From Candidatus Limnocylindrales bacterium (lineage in GTDB: Bacteria > Moduliflexota > Moduliflexia > Moduliflexales > JAUQPW01), in contig DATMBG010000022.1 of NCBI GenBank assembly GCA_035559535.1, positions 1-64,000 of the forward strand: DNA of 64,000 nt, read 5' to 3'. This document shows positions 20,501 through 30,643 of this stretch, one piece after another. The position numbers and the translations under genes were made by a program. The notes beneath the pieces are model-generated. The model did no database searches, was not told where the DNA came from, and saw only the letters and a program-made list of their open reading frames with translations. Every line of letters begins with the position of its first letter. The stretch's first letter is position 1.

Positions 20501-20735
20501 GATCATTGGGATGTTACCTATGTCCCTGGGTCTGGGTGAAGGTGGGGAACAGAATGCCCCCCTGGGTCGAGCGGTCATTGGCGGGCTGACGGTCGCTACC
20601 TTCGCCACCCTTTTCTTTGTACCCATCGTTTATAGCATTCTGCGGCGTAAACAACCTCAGCACGTTGATATAGAGGAGATAGCTTTATATAGAGAGAAGA
20701 CTTCAACCCTGGATGTGAGTCCTCAATTAAATTAG
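17505..20735 (+). CDS. RND efflux permease (AcrB/CzcA superfamily)
   Basis: Start MWIVRLALRRP (ATG 17505); GILVDDATVEIENI and RLRPVLMTALAMIIGMLP motifs. Confidence 0.92.
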   Translation: MWIVRLALRRPYTFIVMALLIILLGIVTITRMPTDILPEINIPIVSVIWSYGGMAPEEMEKRVVTFSERSFTTTVNDIEHIESQSMNGVSVIKVFFHPRAKIEAAVAQMASISQTVLRVMPPGMQPPLIIRYSASNVPILQIGVGSKTLSEQQLYDYGFNFIRTQLATVQGASVPLPYGGKPRQIMVDIDPQALMSKGLSAMDVVAAINAQNLIMPAGNAKMGEREYSIRLNSSPEVVDALNNLPIKQVNGATIYIRDVAQVRDGFAVQTNIVNQNGRRSTLLTILKSGGASTLDIVNRVKQRLPSIQATLPPELELKYLFDQSIFVRAAIDAVVKEAVIAACLTALMILLFLGSWRSTLIVAISIPLSILCSILVLSFLGQTLNIMTLGGLALAVGILVDDATVEIENIHRNLGQRKSLIQAILDGAQQIATPAFVSTLSICIVFVPVFFLTGAVQSLFTPLAMAVVFAMLASYLLSRTLVPTLVKYLLPGELRHHQIESGNGHPTTSRNPIWRLHYAFNHQFEKFRNGYRNSLAWTLNHRLVVFILFTTFFVGSMALFPFIGQDFFPKVDAGQFRLHVRAPTGTRIEETERIFHQVENTIRNVIPADELELILDNIGLPVGGVNLAFSDTATVGPSDGEILVALKSDRHGPTHEYIKQLRQRLRKEFPHLTFFFQPSDIVTQILNFGLPAPIDIQVVGRSPKNYEIAKQIEARVANIPGVVDVHLHQIVDAPELRINVDRTRAAQVGLTQRDVANNLLISLSSSSLISPNFWLSPQSGVTYTVAVQIPPYKMDSMDALQGTPIATTGQNSPQLLSNLATVERRRSVAVINHYNVQPVFDIYANVQDRDLGSVAREVDRIIEEFKPKLPTGSFLVVRGQVESMRSAFLGLGGGVLFAIILVYCLMVINFQSWLDPFIIIMALPGALSGILWMLFVTQTTFNVPSLMGAMMSMGVATANSILLVTFANEQRQAGKDALQAALVAGYTRLRPVLMTALAMIIGMLPMSLGLGEGGEQNAPLGRAVIGGLTVATFATLFFVPIVYSILRRKQPQHVDIEEIALYREKTSTLDVSPQLN

Positions 20736-20742
20736 CAAAGAA

Positions 20743-20796
20743 ATGGTAACGGCTTTAGCCCTCTCCAAATGGAAGAATAACTAAAGTCGTTACCAT
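20743..20796. repeat. REP-like 16-bp inverted repeat between the RND and MFP genes
   Basis: ATGGTAACGGCTTTAG ... CTAAAGTCGTTACCAT (one G-U pair). Confidence 0.6.
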
Positions 20797-20822
20797 CATA
20801 GGCTGATAGGAAACAAATCCTT

Positions 20823-22244
20823 ATGGATTCTAAACCCCATGAATCTTTACAGTTACCTATAAACCCGACATCGGAGTCCCAGTCTGAAATCTCACCCCTA
20901 GATACCCAACAACTTCAGGCACCATACATTCTGGAAGAACCAGCCTCTGAAGCGGGTAAACGCAGCAGTTTGTCCCGTTTTCTTCTGGTTGTCGCCATAA
21001 TAGGGGTGACATTGGCAGGTTTATTGACTTTGGGTATTTTACCCAGAATGCACCGACAGGCCGAGTTAACGGCTGCAGTAGAGGCTTTAAAAACCGACGT
21101 TCCTATTGTTAGCGTAGTTACAGCTCAACAGGCTCCCGCAACCGTAGATTTAGTCCTACCCGGTAACATTCAAGCCCTCCAGGAAACCCCTATTTATGCC
21201 AGAGCTACCGGATATTTGAAGAAAAGGTTTGTAGACATTGGGGACCGGGTCCAGGCAGGTCAACTGCTTGCTGAGATTGAATCACCGGAGGTAGATCAGG
21301 ATTTAGCCCAGGCTCGGGCGAATTTAGCCCAGGCTAAGGCGGCGTTGCAACAAGAACGTGCAAACCTGCAACAAGAACGTGCAAAGTTACAACAGGCCCA
21401 GGCTGCTTTAGAATTTTCCCGTAAAACCCTTCAACGCTGGAAACAACTCGGGCAGCAAGCTCTGGTATCCTATCAAGAAGTCGATGAAAAACAGGCTGCC
21501 TTTGATGCTGCTCAAGCCAATGCCGAAGCAGCCCAGGCTACCATTCATGCAGCCCAGGCGAATGTGAATGCAGCCCAGGCTCGCGTGGATGCCAGCCAGG
21601 CCAGTGTCCAGCGCCTCTTGACATTACAATCTTTTCAAAAAGTGACGGCCCCCTTTGCTGGAACCATTACAGCCCGTTATGTAGATGTAGGGGCTCTGAT
21701 TACAGTAGGTACCGGTACGAATAATCAGGCCCTGTTTAAAATTGCGCAAAGCGACGTTTTACGGATTTATGTAAATGTGCCACAAACCTTTGTAAACTCC
21801 ATTCAACCGGATCAGCCTGCAGAGATTTCAGTGCAGGAATTCCCGCAAAAAACTTTTGCAGGTAAGGTGGTCAGTACGGCCGGTGCTCTGGATCCAACCT
21901 CCCGTACGTTGCTTGCAGAAGTAAGAGTAACAAATGAAAACAATCTGCTCCTGCCGGGAATGTATGCACAGGTTAAGTTTACGGTCACCCGTTCTAATCC
22001 CCCGGTCCTGGTACCCGGTAATGCCCTGGTGATTCGCCCGGAAGGTACCCAGGTCGCCACCGTTACCAAAGATCAAACCGTGCATTACCAAAAGGTCACT
22101 GTAGGACGGGATTATGGAACTCAGTTGGAAATTATTTCCGGTCTTGAAGCCAATGAAACGGTCATTTTAGATGCAACCGATGACCTGCAAGAGGGCATGA
22201 GGGTACAGGCTGTAACCCTCAAGAAAGAAGAAAAGAAATCCTAA
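20823..22244 (+). CDS. RND membrane fusion protein (periplasmic adaptor)
   Basis: Single TM; IYARATGYL...VDIGDRVQAGQLLAEI lipoyl half, long coiled coil, VTAPFAGTIT and LLPGMYAQV. Confidence 0.92.
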   Translation: MDSKPHESLQLPINPTSESQSEISPLDTQQLQAPYILEEPASEAGKRSSLSRFLLVVAIIGVTLAGLLTLGILPRMHRQAELTAAVEALKTDVPIVSVVTAQQAPATVDLVLPGNIQALQETPIYARATGYLKKRFVDIGDRVQAGQLLAEIESPEVDQDLAQARANLAQAKAALQQERANLQQERAKLQQAQAALEFSRKTLQRWKQLGQQALVSYQEVDEKQAAFDAAQANAEAAQATIHAAQANVNAAQARVDASQASVQRLLTLQSFQKVTAPFAGTITARYVDVGALITVGTGTNNQALFKIAQSDVLRIYVNVPQTFVNSIQPDQPAEISVQEFPQKTFAGKVVSTAGALDPTSRTLLAEVRVTNENNLLLPGMYAQVKFTVTRSNPPVLVPGNALVIRPEGTQVATVTKDQTVHYQKVTVGRDYGTQLEIISGLEANETVILDATDDLQEGMRVQAVTLKKEEKKS

Positions 22245-22380
22245 TAAAGGACCAGACCGATTTTCAATGAACCGAGGGGGATGATAAAAACACCGGGAGG
22301 TTGAAAATAAAGCTGGAAAGTGGTAAATCCCCGGGTAAGGGTCTAAAGTGTGTTGTGAGATAAAGAAAGGAGTGGGGATC

Positions 22381-23307
22381 ATGGAAAAACGGACCCTTGG
22401 AAAGACCGGGATGCAGGTCAGTATCCTTGGCTTTGGCGGATCCGAAATTGGTTATGATAAGGTTCCCCAGAAGACTGTAAATGAAATACTCCACAGGGCG
22501 TTGGATGCAGGATTGAATGTGATTGATACAGCAGAGTGTTATAGGGATAGCGAAGAGAAGATCGGACGGGCCATAGCAGGGCGTCGGGATCAATGCTATT
22601 TGTTCACCAAATGCGGTCATGCGGCGGGTCTCCCTTTTCCAGATTGGGATCCACGTTTACTGGAACAAAGCATTGAACGGAGCCTACGGCGATTGCAAAC
22701 AGACTATTTAGACCTGGTGCAACTCCATACCTGTTCGGAAAAGATTTTACGTCAAGGGGCAGTTATGGAGGGGTTACAACGGGCACGCCAAGCCGGGAAG
22801 ATCCGTTATATAGGTTATAGTGGTGACAGTCGAGCGGCCCTCTATGCCATTCAGACCGGTTTATTTGATGTCTTACAAACTTCCATCAACCTTGCCGATC
22901 AGGAAGCCATCGATCTTACCCTCCCCCTGGCCAGACAGCAAGGGATAGGTATCATAGCCAAGCGTCCCTTAGCCAATGTCGCCTGGAGAACGTTTGAAAA
23001 ACCGGAAGACGGGCATACCCCCAGCTACTGGGATTTACGAGGCTATAATGAAATTTACGCAGAACGTCTCCAACAACTGGATTATGACTTCTTGAAAGGT
23101 GCTCTGCGTACTGCTATTGGAATTGCCCTGCGATTCACCCTCAGCGTAGAAGGGGTCGCAACGGCCATTGTGGGTACCACCAAGCCCGAGCGCTGGCATC
23201 AAAACGCAGAGTTACTGGCAGCCGGACCCCTGGACCCCAAACAATTCGAAGCAATCCGTACACGCTGGAAAGCCGTCGCCAAACCCCACTGGATTGGACA
23301 GGGATAA
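22381..23307 (+). CDS. Aldo/keto reductase
   Basis: MEKRTLGKTG, IDTAECY, FTKCG and SLRRLQTDYLDLVQLH motifs; AAGGAG RBS before ATG 22381. Confidence 0.9.
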   Translation: MEKRTLGKTGMQVSILGFGGSEIGYDKVPQKTVNEILHRALDAGLNVIDTAECYRDSEEKIGRAIAGRRDQCYLFTKCGHAAGLPFPDWDPRLLEQSIERSLRRLQTDYLDLVQLHTCSEKILRQGAVMEGLQRARQAGKIRYIGYSGDSRAALYAIQTGLFDVLQTSINLADQEAIDLTLPLARQQGIGIIAKRPLANVAWRTFEKPEDGHTPSYWDLRGYNEIYAERLQQLDYDFLKGALRTAIGIALRFTLSVEGVATAIVGTTKPERWHQNAELLAAGPLDPKQFEAIRTRWKAVAKPHWIGQG

Positions 23308-23393
23308 GAGTTTCGTTGGTCATTCAATATCATCTGGAAGGTTAAAATAATTCTCCGGATTCCTCTTGTGAAGAGGAGTCAGGAAAGAGGATA

Positions 23394-24299
23394 ATGGGAA
23401 TAGAAAAACAAACACAACGCCTCTACCTAAAGGGTCTTAACGTTTCCCGTTCAGGAAACTGGCTACGTGCTCTCCAATACTTCCGACAATGCCTGGAGAT
23501 CAATCCTGATTTCTCCCAGGCACATTATGAGATCGGTACGTTATATTATAAGAACGGTCATTGGGAACAGGCTCTTTCTCATTTAACAAGGGCGGTAGAG
23601 CTGAACGGGCAGAATATTCAGTATCACTTTGCCCTGGCCAATGTTTACCTGGCGCTCAATCAACCGGCACAAGCTTTAGGAATTTACAGAAAACTGGAAA
23701 AAATGAATTCAGAAGCCAGTCCGGCCCTCTATTTGAATATGGGAATTGCCTATAAAGCCATGGCAGATTTTGAACGGGCTAAGGAGTGCTTTCATCGGTC
23801 TATTCAGTTAGCCCCTCAAAGTCCAGAAGCTCTGGATCACCTTGGGCGACTTTATCTGGAGCAAGGCCAGAATGAAGAAGCCAAAGTGGTCTTCCAAAAG
23901 CTGGTTAAGTTGAACCCCAATTACCTGGGAGCTCACCAGGCACTGGGATATTTGTACGCCAAAGAATCGAACTGGCAAAAGGCCCTGGATGAATGGAATT
24001 TAATTCTGGCCTTTCAACCCCATCGAGAAGATCTTCTGTATCAGATTAGCAAGGCTCAAATCAGACTCAATCAACCCGATAAAGCCATCAAAACTCTTCG
24101 ACGGATCCTGAATATCCATCCAGATCATCTCTCTGTCAGGCTGGAGATGATCGCCCTGCTCATCAGCCTGGAAAAGTGGGAGGAAGCCCGATTGGAATTA
24201 GAGCATGCTAAAAAACTCGATCCGAAAAATCCAACTTTACAGCAACTACTTCAAGAATTAATAATCAGAAATAAAGCTCCTTCTCAAAAAGAGGAATAA
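23394..24299 (+). CDS. Tetratricopeptide repeat protein
   Basis: About 8 TPR units (AHYEIG, YHFALA, LYLNMG, ALDHLG, AHQALG); 3' end overlaps the convergent ligase gene by 35 bp. Confidence 0.85.
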   Translation: MGIEKQTQRLYLKGLNVSRSGNWLRALQYFRQCLEINPDFSQAHYEIGTLYYKNGHWEQALSHLTRAVELNGQNIQYHFALANVYLALNQPAQALGIYRKLEKMNSEASPALYLNMGIAYKAMADFERAKECFHRSIQLAPQSPEALDHLGRLYLEQGQNEEAKVVFQKLVKLNPNYLGAHQALGYLYAKESNWQKALDEWNLILAFQPHREDLLYQISKAQIRLNQPDKAIKTLRRILNIHPDHLSVRLEMIALLISLEKWEEARLELEHAKKLDPKNPTLQQLLQELIIRNKAPSQKEE

Positions 24300-26598
24300 C
24301 CTTGTTCATTTGTATCCGGGCAAGTCCTAGATTCAATTCTTTAGTTTCTGCAGTAAACGCTAAGAAATATTTATCTCCGATCAATCGAATAATGATGGTG
24401 GCTTGCTCCATCATAAAGATAAGCTCCTGAGGTTTTCCTACTCCCAGGCTATCAGAGGTTTTTTTCGCTAAAGAAACCATGGAAGCCAGTTCCGCGTCTG
24501 CAACGGCAAGGTCAAAGTCTGGATTGGTATTAAAGGAAGCTATTCCAATTCCATCCTCTCCGGTAACCCCCGCAGCTATCCCTCCAGGTGTTGTGGTAAC
24601 CAGGTACTTAAGCTTTTCTTCATAACTAAATCCCGATAATCCCAATTCTCCTGCCTCTTCCTCCACTTTACCGTCCTTCGACAGGCTTAAAGCAGGACTT
24701 TGGGATAAGCCCGGGCCGGATTCTAAAGTTCGTTGAGGGGAAGTTTCTCCGGTGACCGGTTTGGAGGATCTACCTTCGAGTTGGGCCATTAAGGCGGCCA
24801 GGTCTTGTCCCTCTCCGGGAAGTTTTGGGGGGGTACCTCCTCGTTCCAGTTGGGACATGGCTGAAGCCAGATTGTAATCCCCTTTACTTTGGGTTTTTCT
24901 AGTTTCTTTCTCTACCTGATCAAATAAGTCCGGCTCTGGTTCCGTTTCTGATATCTCCGCAAATTCTTCCTCATCTGTCACCAACCCCTCTGCTTCTTCG
25001 ACGGCTTCCAGATCATCGGTAGATAATTCTGTAACCTCCTCCCCTTCTTCCGCTTCTTCAATTTCCCCTTCATCCAGAGAATCCTCATCGATCCCAGCTT
25101 CCATGTCCCGCAATTTACGCTTCCAAATTTTCCCGGTAGCCGTCTTAGGAAGTTCATCCAGGATTTCCACTGAACGGGGAACTTTAAAAGCTGCCAACTT
25201 TTCTCGGCAAAAAGCAAGTAACTTTTGTTCCTCAAGCCTGGCACCCGGCTTAGGAACAACAAAGGCTTTGGGTATTTCCCCCTTCACAGGATCTGGAATA
25301 CCGATTACGGCAACTTCCAAAACCCCGGGGTAGGTCGAGAGGATTTCTTCTATTTCCCGAGGATATACATTTTCACCCCCCACAATAATCATATCCTTCT
25401 TGCGATCCACAATGTAAACGTACCCTTCTGAGTCCATGCGACCCATATCCCCGGTATAAAGCCAACCATCACGAATCGCTTTATGGGTTGCCTCCGGATC
25501 TTTATAATACCCTTTCATCACATTCATACCCCGGACGATAATCTCACCTACTTTACCGGGGGGAACTTCCTGACCTTTCTCATCCACAAGCTTCCACTCG
25601 ACCCGAGAGACAACCTTGCCGATAGACCCAATTTTTCGCTTATGGAGAGGATTTACCGAAACCAGGGGAGAGGTTTCTGAAAGGCCATAGCCTTCATAGA
25701 TCTTGGCCGGAAACTTCGATTCAAATTTCTCTACAATGGCTTTGGTTAAAGGAGCACCGCCACAGAAGCAAAGTCGTAGGGAACTCAGATCGTATCGACT
25801 TAAATTGGGCATGTTTGCCAGGATGGCATACATGGTGGGAACCCCTACAAATATGGTTACCTTCTCGTCTTGAATCGTCTGAAGAACCGGTTGAGGAAGG
25901 AAATGATCCAGAATGACCAGGGTCATTCCCCCAAAAATAGGGGTTAAAACCGTTCCGGTAACGGCCAAAGCATGAAACATAGGAACACAACAAAGGGGGA
26001 TATCCTTTCGGCTTGCATTGAGGGCATTACCAATGGCTACCACATTGGTTAGAAGATTGACATGGGTCAACATAGCACCCTTTGGAAGACCGGTTGTACC
26101 GGAGGTATAATAAATGGCCGCAATATCCTCTAACCCAATATCGGGCTTGTAATTCTCACCGGATTCTTGTTCCAGGATCTCGGAAAACGAGAGGTAATCC
26201 CCTTCATCACTTAAACTAATCACTTCTTTCAGTTGAGGAAGTTTAGGTAGGATGAGACTCAGGAGCTGGTCATAAGGAGGGCCTGTGATAATAATCTTAC
26301 TATCTGAGTGATCAATAATATAGGCCAATTCATCTCCCTTCAGAAGGATATTCAGGGGGACAACTGCAGCCCCCGATTTAAAAACCCCAAACATGCTGAT
26401 GACAAACTCCGTGCAGTTGGGTAATAAGATCCCGACTTTGTCTTCCCCAGCTTTTATTCCCAAGGCTACCAAAGCTCTGGCCAGTTTATTGGCCCTCGCA
26501 TTTAACTCACGATATGAAATACGCAAACCTTTATAGACCAACGCAGTCTTATCTGGAAATTGACCTGCACTTCGCTCTAGCATCTCACCTAATGTCAT
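24265..26598 (-). CDS. Long-chain acyl-CoA ligase fused through an acidic linker to a C-terminal Roadblock/LC7 (MglB-like) domain
   Basis: YYTSGTTGLPKG, EGYGLSE, YTGDMG, DRKKDMI and LPKTATGKI motifs. The last ~120 aa (GGIAAGVTGEDGIGIA...NLGLARIQM) match the Roadblock pattern. Confidence 0.82.
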   Translation of the reverse strand: MTLGEMLERSAGQFPDKTALVYKGLRISYRELNARANKLARALVALGIKAGEDKVGILLPNCTEFVISMFGVFKSGAAVVPLNILLKGDELAYIIDHSDSKIIITGPPYDQLLSLILPKLPQLKEVISLSDEGDYLSFSEILEQESGENYKPDIGLEDIAAIYYTSGTTGLPKGAMLTHVNLLTNVVAIGNALNASRKDIPLCCVPMFHALAVTGTVLTPIFGGMTLVILDHFLPQPVLQTIQDEKVTIFVGVPTMYAILANMPNLSRYDLSSLRLCFCGGAPLTKAIVEKFESKFPAKIYEGYGLSETSPLVSVNPLHKRKIGSIGKVVSRVEWKLVDEKGQEVPPGKVGEIIVRGMNVMKGYYKDPEATHKAIRDGWLYTGDMGRMDSEGYVYIVDRKKDMIIVGGENVYPREIEEILSTYPGVLEVAVIGIPDPVKGEIPKAFVVPKPGARLEEQKLLAFCREKLAAFKVPRSVEILDELPKTATGKIWKRKLRDMEAGIDEDSLDEGEIEEAEEGEEVTELSTDDLEAVEEAEGLVTDEEEFAEISETEPEPDLFDQVEKETRKTQSKGDYNLASAMSQLERGGTPPKLPGEGQDLAALMAQLEGRSSKPVTGETSPQRTLESGPGLSQSPALSLSKDGKVEEEAGELGLSGFSYEEKLKYLVTTTPGGIAAGVTGEDGIGIASFNTNPDFDLAVADAELASMVSLAKKTSDSLGVGKPQELIFMMEQATIIIRLIGDKYFLAFTAETKELNLGLARIQMNKVIPLFEKELYF

Positions 26599-27029
26599 AC
26601 AGGACCACCTCCCCTTCAGGTATTTACGTTCTTCCCAAAGATTATCAGAAAAATATTTCTAACATAGCCTAAAAAATTTGCAAGTAAAAAATTTACCTCT
26701 CACATTTTTTGTAGAGGTCTATGGGATCTTGAAGAATCAGGAATATTTTCTATCAATTTATCATAAAAAGGCTCCTGACCCCTCGAAGTCTGGGCGGTAG
26801 CCACCCCTTACACATCCAGCTAAGGAGTGAACCTGGAGGTCTAGACATCCCCAGGGGGAATTGGGTGGGTAACCTTCTAAATCCTCCTTCAAGGGGAGTG
26901 TTCAGGCCGAAAATGAGACCTTTCCCTTTCTTAGCTTGATACATAGGGGAGTAACCCCAAAGAACCATCCTTACGGTTTATACAGGGTTTCAAAGGGAGA
27001 AATGGTATAACCCCTAAGGGGAGAGAACA

Positions 27030-27800
27030 ATGAATTTTCTAACTCTAAAAGGCATAAACATACTTTACTCTGTTCAGGAAGGAAGTCAAAAAAAAGATTT
27101 ACCTGCTCTGGTGTTCATCCATGGGGCCGGTGGGGATTTTACTGTATGGTTGAATCAGTTGAACTATTTCAAAGAAAAAACCGACGTTTATATACCTGAA
27201 CTCCCGGGACATGGCCAATCCAGAGGCTCCGGTGCAACTTCCATTACAGAATATGCAGAAATTGTAAAAGATCTCTTAGATACTTTAGATCTTGCCTCTA
27301 TAACGCTGATCGGCCATTCCATGGGAGGTGCCATTACCCAGCATCTGGCCTTATCCTACCCGGATCGATTTAAAAGTATCGTTTTGGTAAGTACCGGCGC
27401 CAGGCTTCGGGTTTCCCCTGACATTCTAGGTCGAATTAGAGACCATTTTCAGGAAGTTGTGGTAACGATCTGTGATTACGGCTTTGGACCCGAAGCCCCA
27501 AGAGATCTTATCAGCCAGACCCAGGAACGGCTCCTGCGAAATTCCCCCGAGGTACTTTATGGAGACTTTGCCGCCTGTAATCAGTTTGACTTGATGGAAA
27601 AAGTTCACCATATTACCCTTCCGACCCTCATCCTTTGTGGGGAAGTAGATCGTTTAACCCCGGTTAAATATTCCCGGTACCTCCACGAGCAGATATCGGG
27701 CTCTGCTCTGAAACTTATAGAAGGTGCCGGACATATGGTGATGCTGGAAAAACCTGACGAATTCAATCGAGAGTTGGAAATATTTATAAAGCTCCCGTAA
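27030..27800 (+). CDS. Alpha/beta hydrolase
   Basis: FIHGAGG, LPGHG, GHSMGG nucleophile elbow, GAGHM. Confidence 0.9.
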   Translation: MNFLTLKGINILYSVQEGSQKKDLPALVFIHGAGGDFTVWLNQLNYFKEKTDVYIPELPGHGQSRGSGATSITEYAEIVKDLLDTLDLASITLIGHSMGGAITQHLALSYPDRFKSIVLVSTGARLRVSPDILGRIRDHFQEVVVTICDYGFGPEAPRDLISQTQERLLRNSPEVLYGDFAACNQFDLMEKVHHITLPTLILCGEVDRLTPVKYSRYLHEQISGSALKLIEGAGHMVMLEKPDEFNRELEIFIKLP

Positions 27801-27895
27801 GTCCAATATAAAAACTACTCGGAAACTGGAATAAACTTCTTAGGGAAGCCGATGAGAGAGCCGGCATTATTTATTCCTATTTTTTCTATCCCGTT

Positions 27896-28870
27896 TTACC
27901 TGAAATGACAGGCTGATGGATGGCCATTTTTATTCTCCAGCTTAGGTTCGATTTCTACGCATTCAGGAGCTTTCAATTGGGCATACAAGGGGCATCGAGT
28001 ATGAAAACGGCAGCCGGAAGGAGGATTAATGGGACTGGGAACGTCCCCGGAAAGGATAATCCGTTCTTTTTTCTTTCTCGGATCAGGGACAGGAATCGCC
28101 GAAAGCAAAGCCTGGGTATAAGGATGAAGAGGATTTTTATAAATTTCTTCGGATTTGGCAATCTCGACGATTTTTCCCAGGTACATGACGGCCACACGAT
28201 CACTGATATATTCCACCATACGCAGGTCATGGGCGATGAGGAGATAGGTCAGACCGAATTCTTCCTGGAGATCTTGAAGCAGATTAATGACCTGGGCTTG
28301 AATCGAAACATCCAGGGCCGATACCGGTTCATCAGCGATAATAAGCTTGGGATTCAAAGCCAGGGCTCGGGCAATTCCGATACGTTGACGCTGCCCTCCG
28401 CTAAATTCATGGGGATAGCGTTTGAGGTGTTCAGGCCTCAATCCAACCTTACGAAGAAGGGAAGCCACCCGATCTTGAAGTTCGGTTCCTTTAGCAACCC
28501 TGTGAATTTTAAGGGGCTCTCCAACGATTTTCTCAACCGTCATGCGAGGATTTAAAGAAGCGTAAGGATCCTGGAAAATGATCTGCATATTGCGACGAAG
28601 CATTCGCATTTCCTTTTTTCCCAGGGAAAATATATTAACCCCTTCAAACCAGGCTTCTCCAGCCGTTGGTTCAATAAGGCGAAGAATTACACGGCCGGTG
28701 GTTGACTTCCCGCACCCACTTTCCCCTACCAGTCCTAAAGTCTCACCCCGTGACAAATTAAAACTAATATCGTCTACGGCATAGACATATCCGATGGTCT
28801 TTGAGAGAATCCCTCCCTTGATCGGAAAATATTTTTTTAAATTTTTTACTACCAATAAATCATTCGACAT
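27896..28870 (-). CDS. Oligopeptide/dipeptide ABC ATP-binding protein, OppF/DppF type
   Basis: [25 protein letters not shown] and GCRFHTRCP motifs. Confidence 0.92.
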   Translation of the reverse strand: MSNDLLVVKNLKKYFPIKGGILSKTIGYVYAVDDISFNLSRGETLGLVGESGCGKSTTGRVILRLIEPTAGEAWFEGVNIFSLGKKEMRMLRRNMQIIFQDPYASLNPRMTVEKIVGEPLKIHRVAKGTELQDRVASLLRKVGLRPEHLKRYPHEFSGGQRQRIGIARALALNPKLIIADEPVSALDVSIQAQVINLLQDLQEEFGLTYLLIAHDLRMVEYISDRVAVMYLGKIVEIAKSEEIYKNPLHPYTQALLSAIPVPDPRKKKERIILSGDVPSPINPPSGCRFHTRCPLYAQLKAPECVEIEPKLENKNGHPSACHFR

Positions 28871-28934
28871 AGGGGGTGTAAAACGTAAAACCTAAAAAGT
28901 AGGACGTTGATTTACGTTTTATGTATTACGTTTG

Positions 28935-29912
28935 TTAATACAACCAGCAACTGACTTTATGCCCGGGTTTAATTTCTTTGAGTTTAGGGGTTTCTTTACG
29001 ACAGATATCCATTACTTTAGGGCATCTCGGATTAAACGAACAACCCGGAGGAAGGTCGGTTAAACTGGGGACAATGCCTGGGATCTCCTGGAGTCGGGTT
29101 TCTTTCGTCATGCCTAAATCCGGTCGCGGAATCGAGCGGAGTAGGCCTTGGGTGTAGGGGTGTTTCGGATCTTCAAAAAGTGTATAAACATCGGCCTCTT
29201 CCACCACTTTTCCTGCATACATAACTACAACCCGAGCGGCTGTTTCAGCTATAATTCCCAGGTCATGGGTGATCAATATAACGGCCATGCCTAATTCTCG
29301 CTTCAAATTGTTGATTAAATCCAGAATCTGGGCCTGAATTGTCACATCTAAGGCAGTAGTAGGTTCATCGGCAATTAAAAGGCTGGGATTACAGGACAAA
29401 GCCATAGCGATCATGGCACGCTGGCGCATACCCCCACTGAGTTGATGAGGATATTCCTTGACACGTCTTTCAGGAGAGGGAATTCCAACAAGTTTAAGCA
29501 TATCCACGGCCTTTTCAAGGGAAGCTTTTTTAGAGAGACCTTGATGGAGTTGAATGGCTTCTGCAATTTGATTTCCAATGGTAAAGACCGGGTTGAGGGA
29601 GGTCATAGGCTCTTGAAAAATCATGGAAATCTCGTTTCCCCTGATTTTTCGCATCTCCGAATTGGAGAGCTTGAGCAAATCCTGACCCTTAAAAAGAATT
29701 TGACCCTCGATAATCTTACCCGGGGGATCTGGAATCAGCCTTAAAATAGAGAGAGCTGTTACACTCTTTCCACAGCCGGATTCTCCAACAACTCCTAAAG
29801 TTTCTCCTTTATGAATTTCCAGGTCCACCCCATCGACAGCCTTAGCAACCCCTTCATCGGTAAAAAAATAGGTATGTAAATTGATGACTTTGAGTAAGGG
29901 TTCTGTTACCAC
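28935..29912 (-). CDS. Oligopeptide/dipeptide ABC ATP-binding protein, OppD/DppD type
   Basis: [37 protein letters not shown] and GCSFNPRC motifs. Confidence 0.92.
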   Translation of the reverse strand: MVTEPLLKVINLHTYFFTDEGVAKAVDGVDLEIHKGETLGVVGESGCGKSVTALSILRLIPDPPGKIIEGQILFKGQDLLKLSNSEMRKIRGNEISMIFQEPMTSLNPVFTIGNQIAEAIQLHQGLSKKASLEKAVDMLKLVGIPSPERRVKEYPHQLSGGMRQRAMIAMALSCNPSLLIADEPTTALDVTIQAQILDLINNLKRELGMAVILITHDLGIIAETAARVVVMYAGKVVEEADVYTLFEDPKHPYTQGLLRSIPRPDLGMTKETRLQEIPGIVPSLTDLPPGCSFNPRCPKVMDICRKETPKLKEIKPGHKVSCWLY

Positions 29913-30209
29913 CGTGTTCCTTAGTTTCCAACCGTGTTAACCTATGCCCATTCATGAGCAACTACAGGATTCGTTTTCATTTACGAACCGAATACTGTAA
30001 AACAGGTTAGCGAATGACCTGTATAATTAGTTGGGAGCCAAAAGTCAGAATCAGGATAAAAACCATAAAATCCTAGCTTGATGGAACTTCTTTCTCTTCC
30101 GGCTCAGGACCTTTAATCCCCGATCCTGCCTGATATTTTGAATTTACCATACATTACATGGGAACTTCCCCATCTGTCAAGTTAAAATTCTAATTGGAAA
30201 CGATATCCC

Positions 30210-30300
30210 ATACCGATTTCCTATTGAAATGCGATAGGAACGTAGGGTATATTGCACCGTGCCCTTACCATTCAGGGATAATTTCAAAACGAATTTGGTA
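30210..30300. repeat. Nested palindromic REP/MITE-like element
   Basis: Ends TACCGATTTC / GAATTTGGTA (8 of 10 complementary), inner TTGAAAT / ATTTCAA, central degenerate GTAGGG...GTGCCCTTAC. Confidence 0.5.
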
Positions 30301-30643
30301 GAAGCCTTATATTTTGTTTCTGGAAAAAACATTTCCTCAGGGTTGAGTTCTACAGGAGAGCTAACCGAATGGATTCAGAATAAAGGCTTAGGTGAAAATC
30401 CTGAGCCTGGAAACTCCAAAAGTATAAATCGAAGGTTATCTATAGATTCAGGAGCCGGAGGAGCTTTGGTGACTTAATAAATCCCTTGACAAAACTTAAA
30501 AAATTTGCCAATTAATAGTATTAAAATTTTCTAGCCTTATTTTAAGATCCAAAGTTAGACATCTATCTTTTTATCTTTTCAAAGCTTAAACATAAAGTGA
30601 CAAATTAACTCATTCTAAAAAAATCTTACTTCCAGTTAAGCCT

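Noticed and set aside
26700-26970. TAGACATC / GAGGTCTA motifs suggesting MITE ends
   Set aside because: Too short and not arranged as a clear terminal-repeat pair; boundaries cannot be supported.
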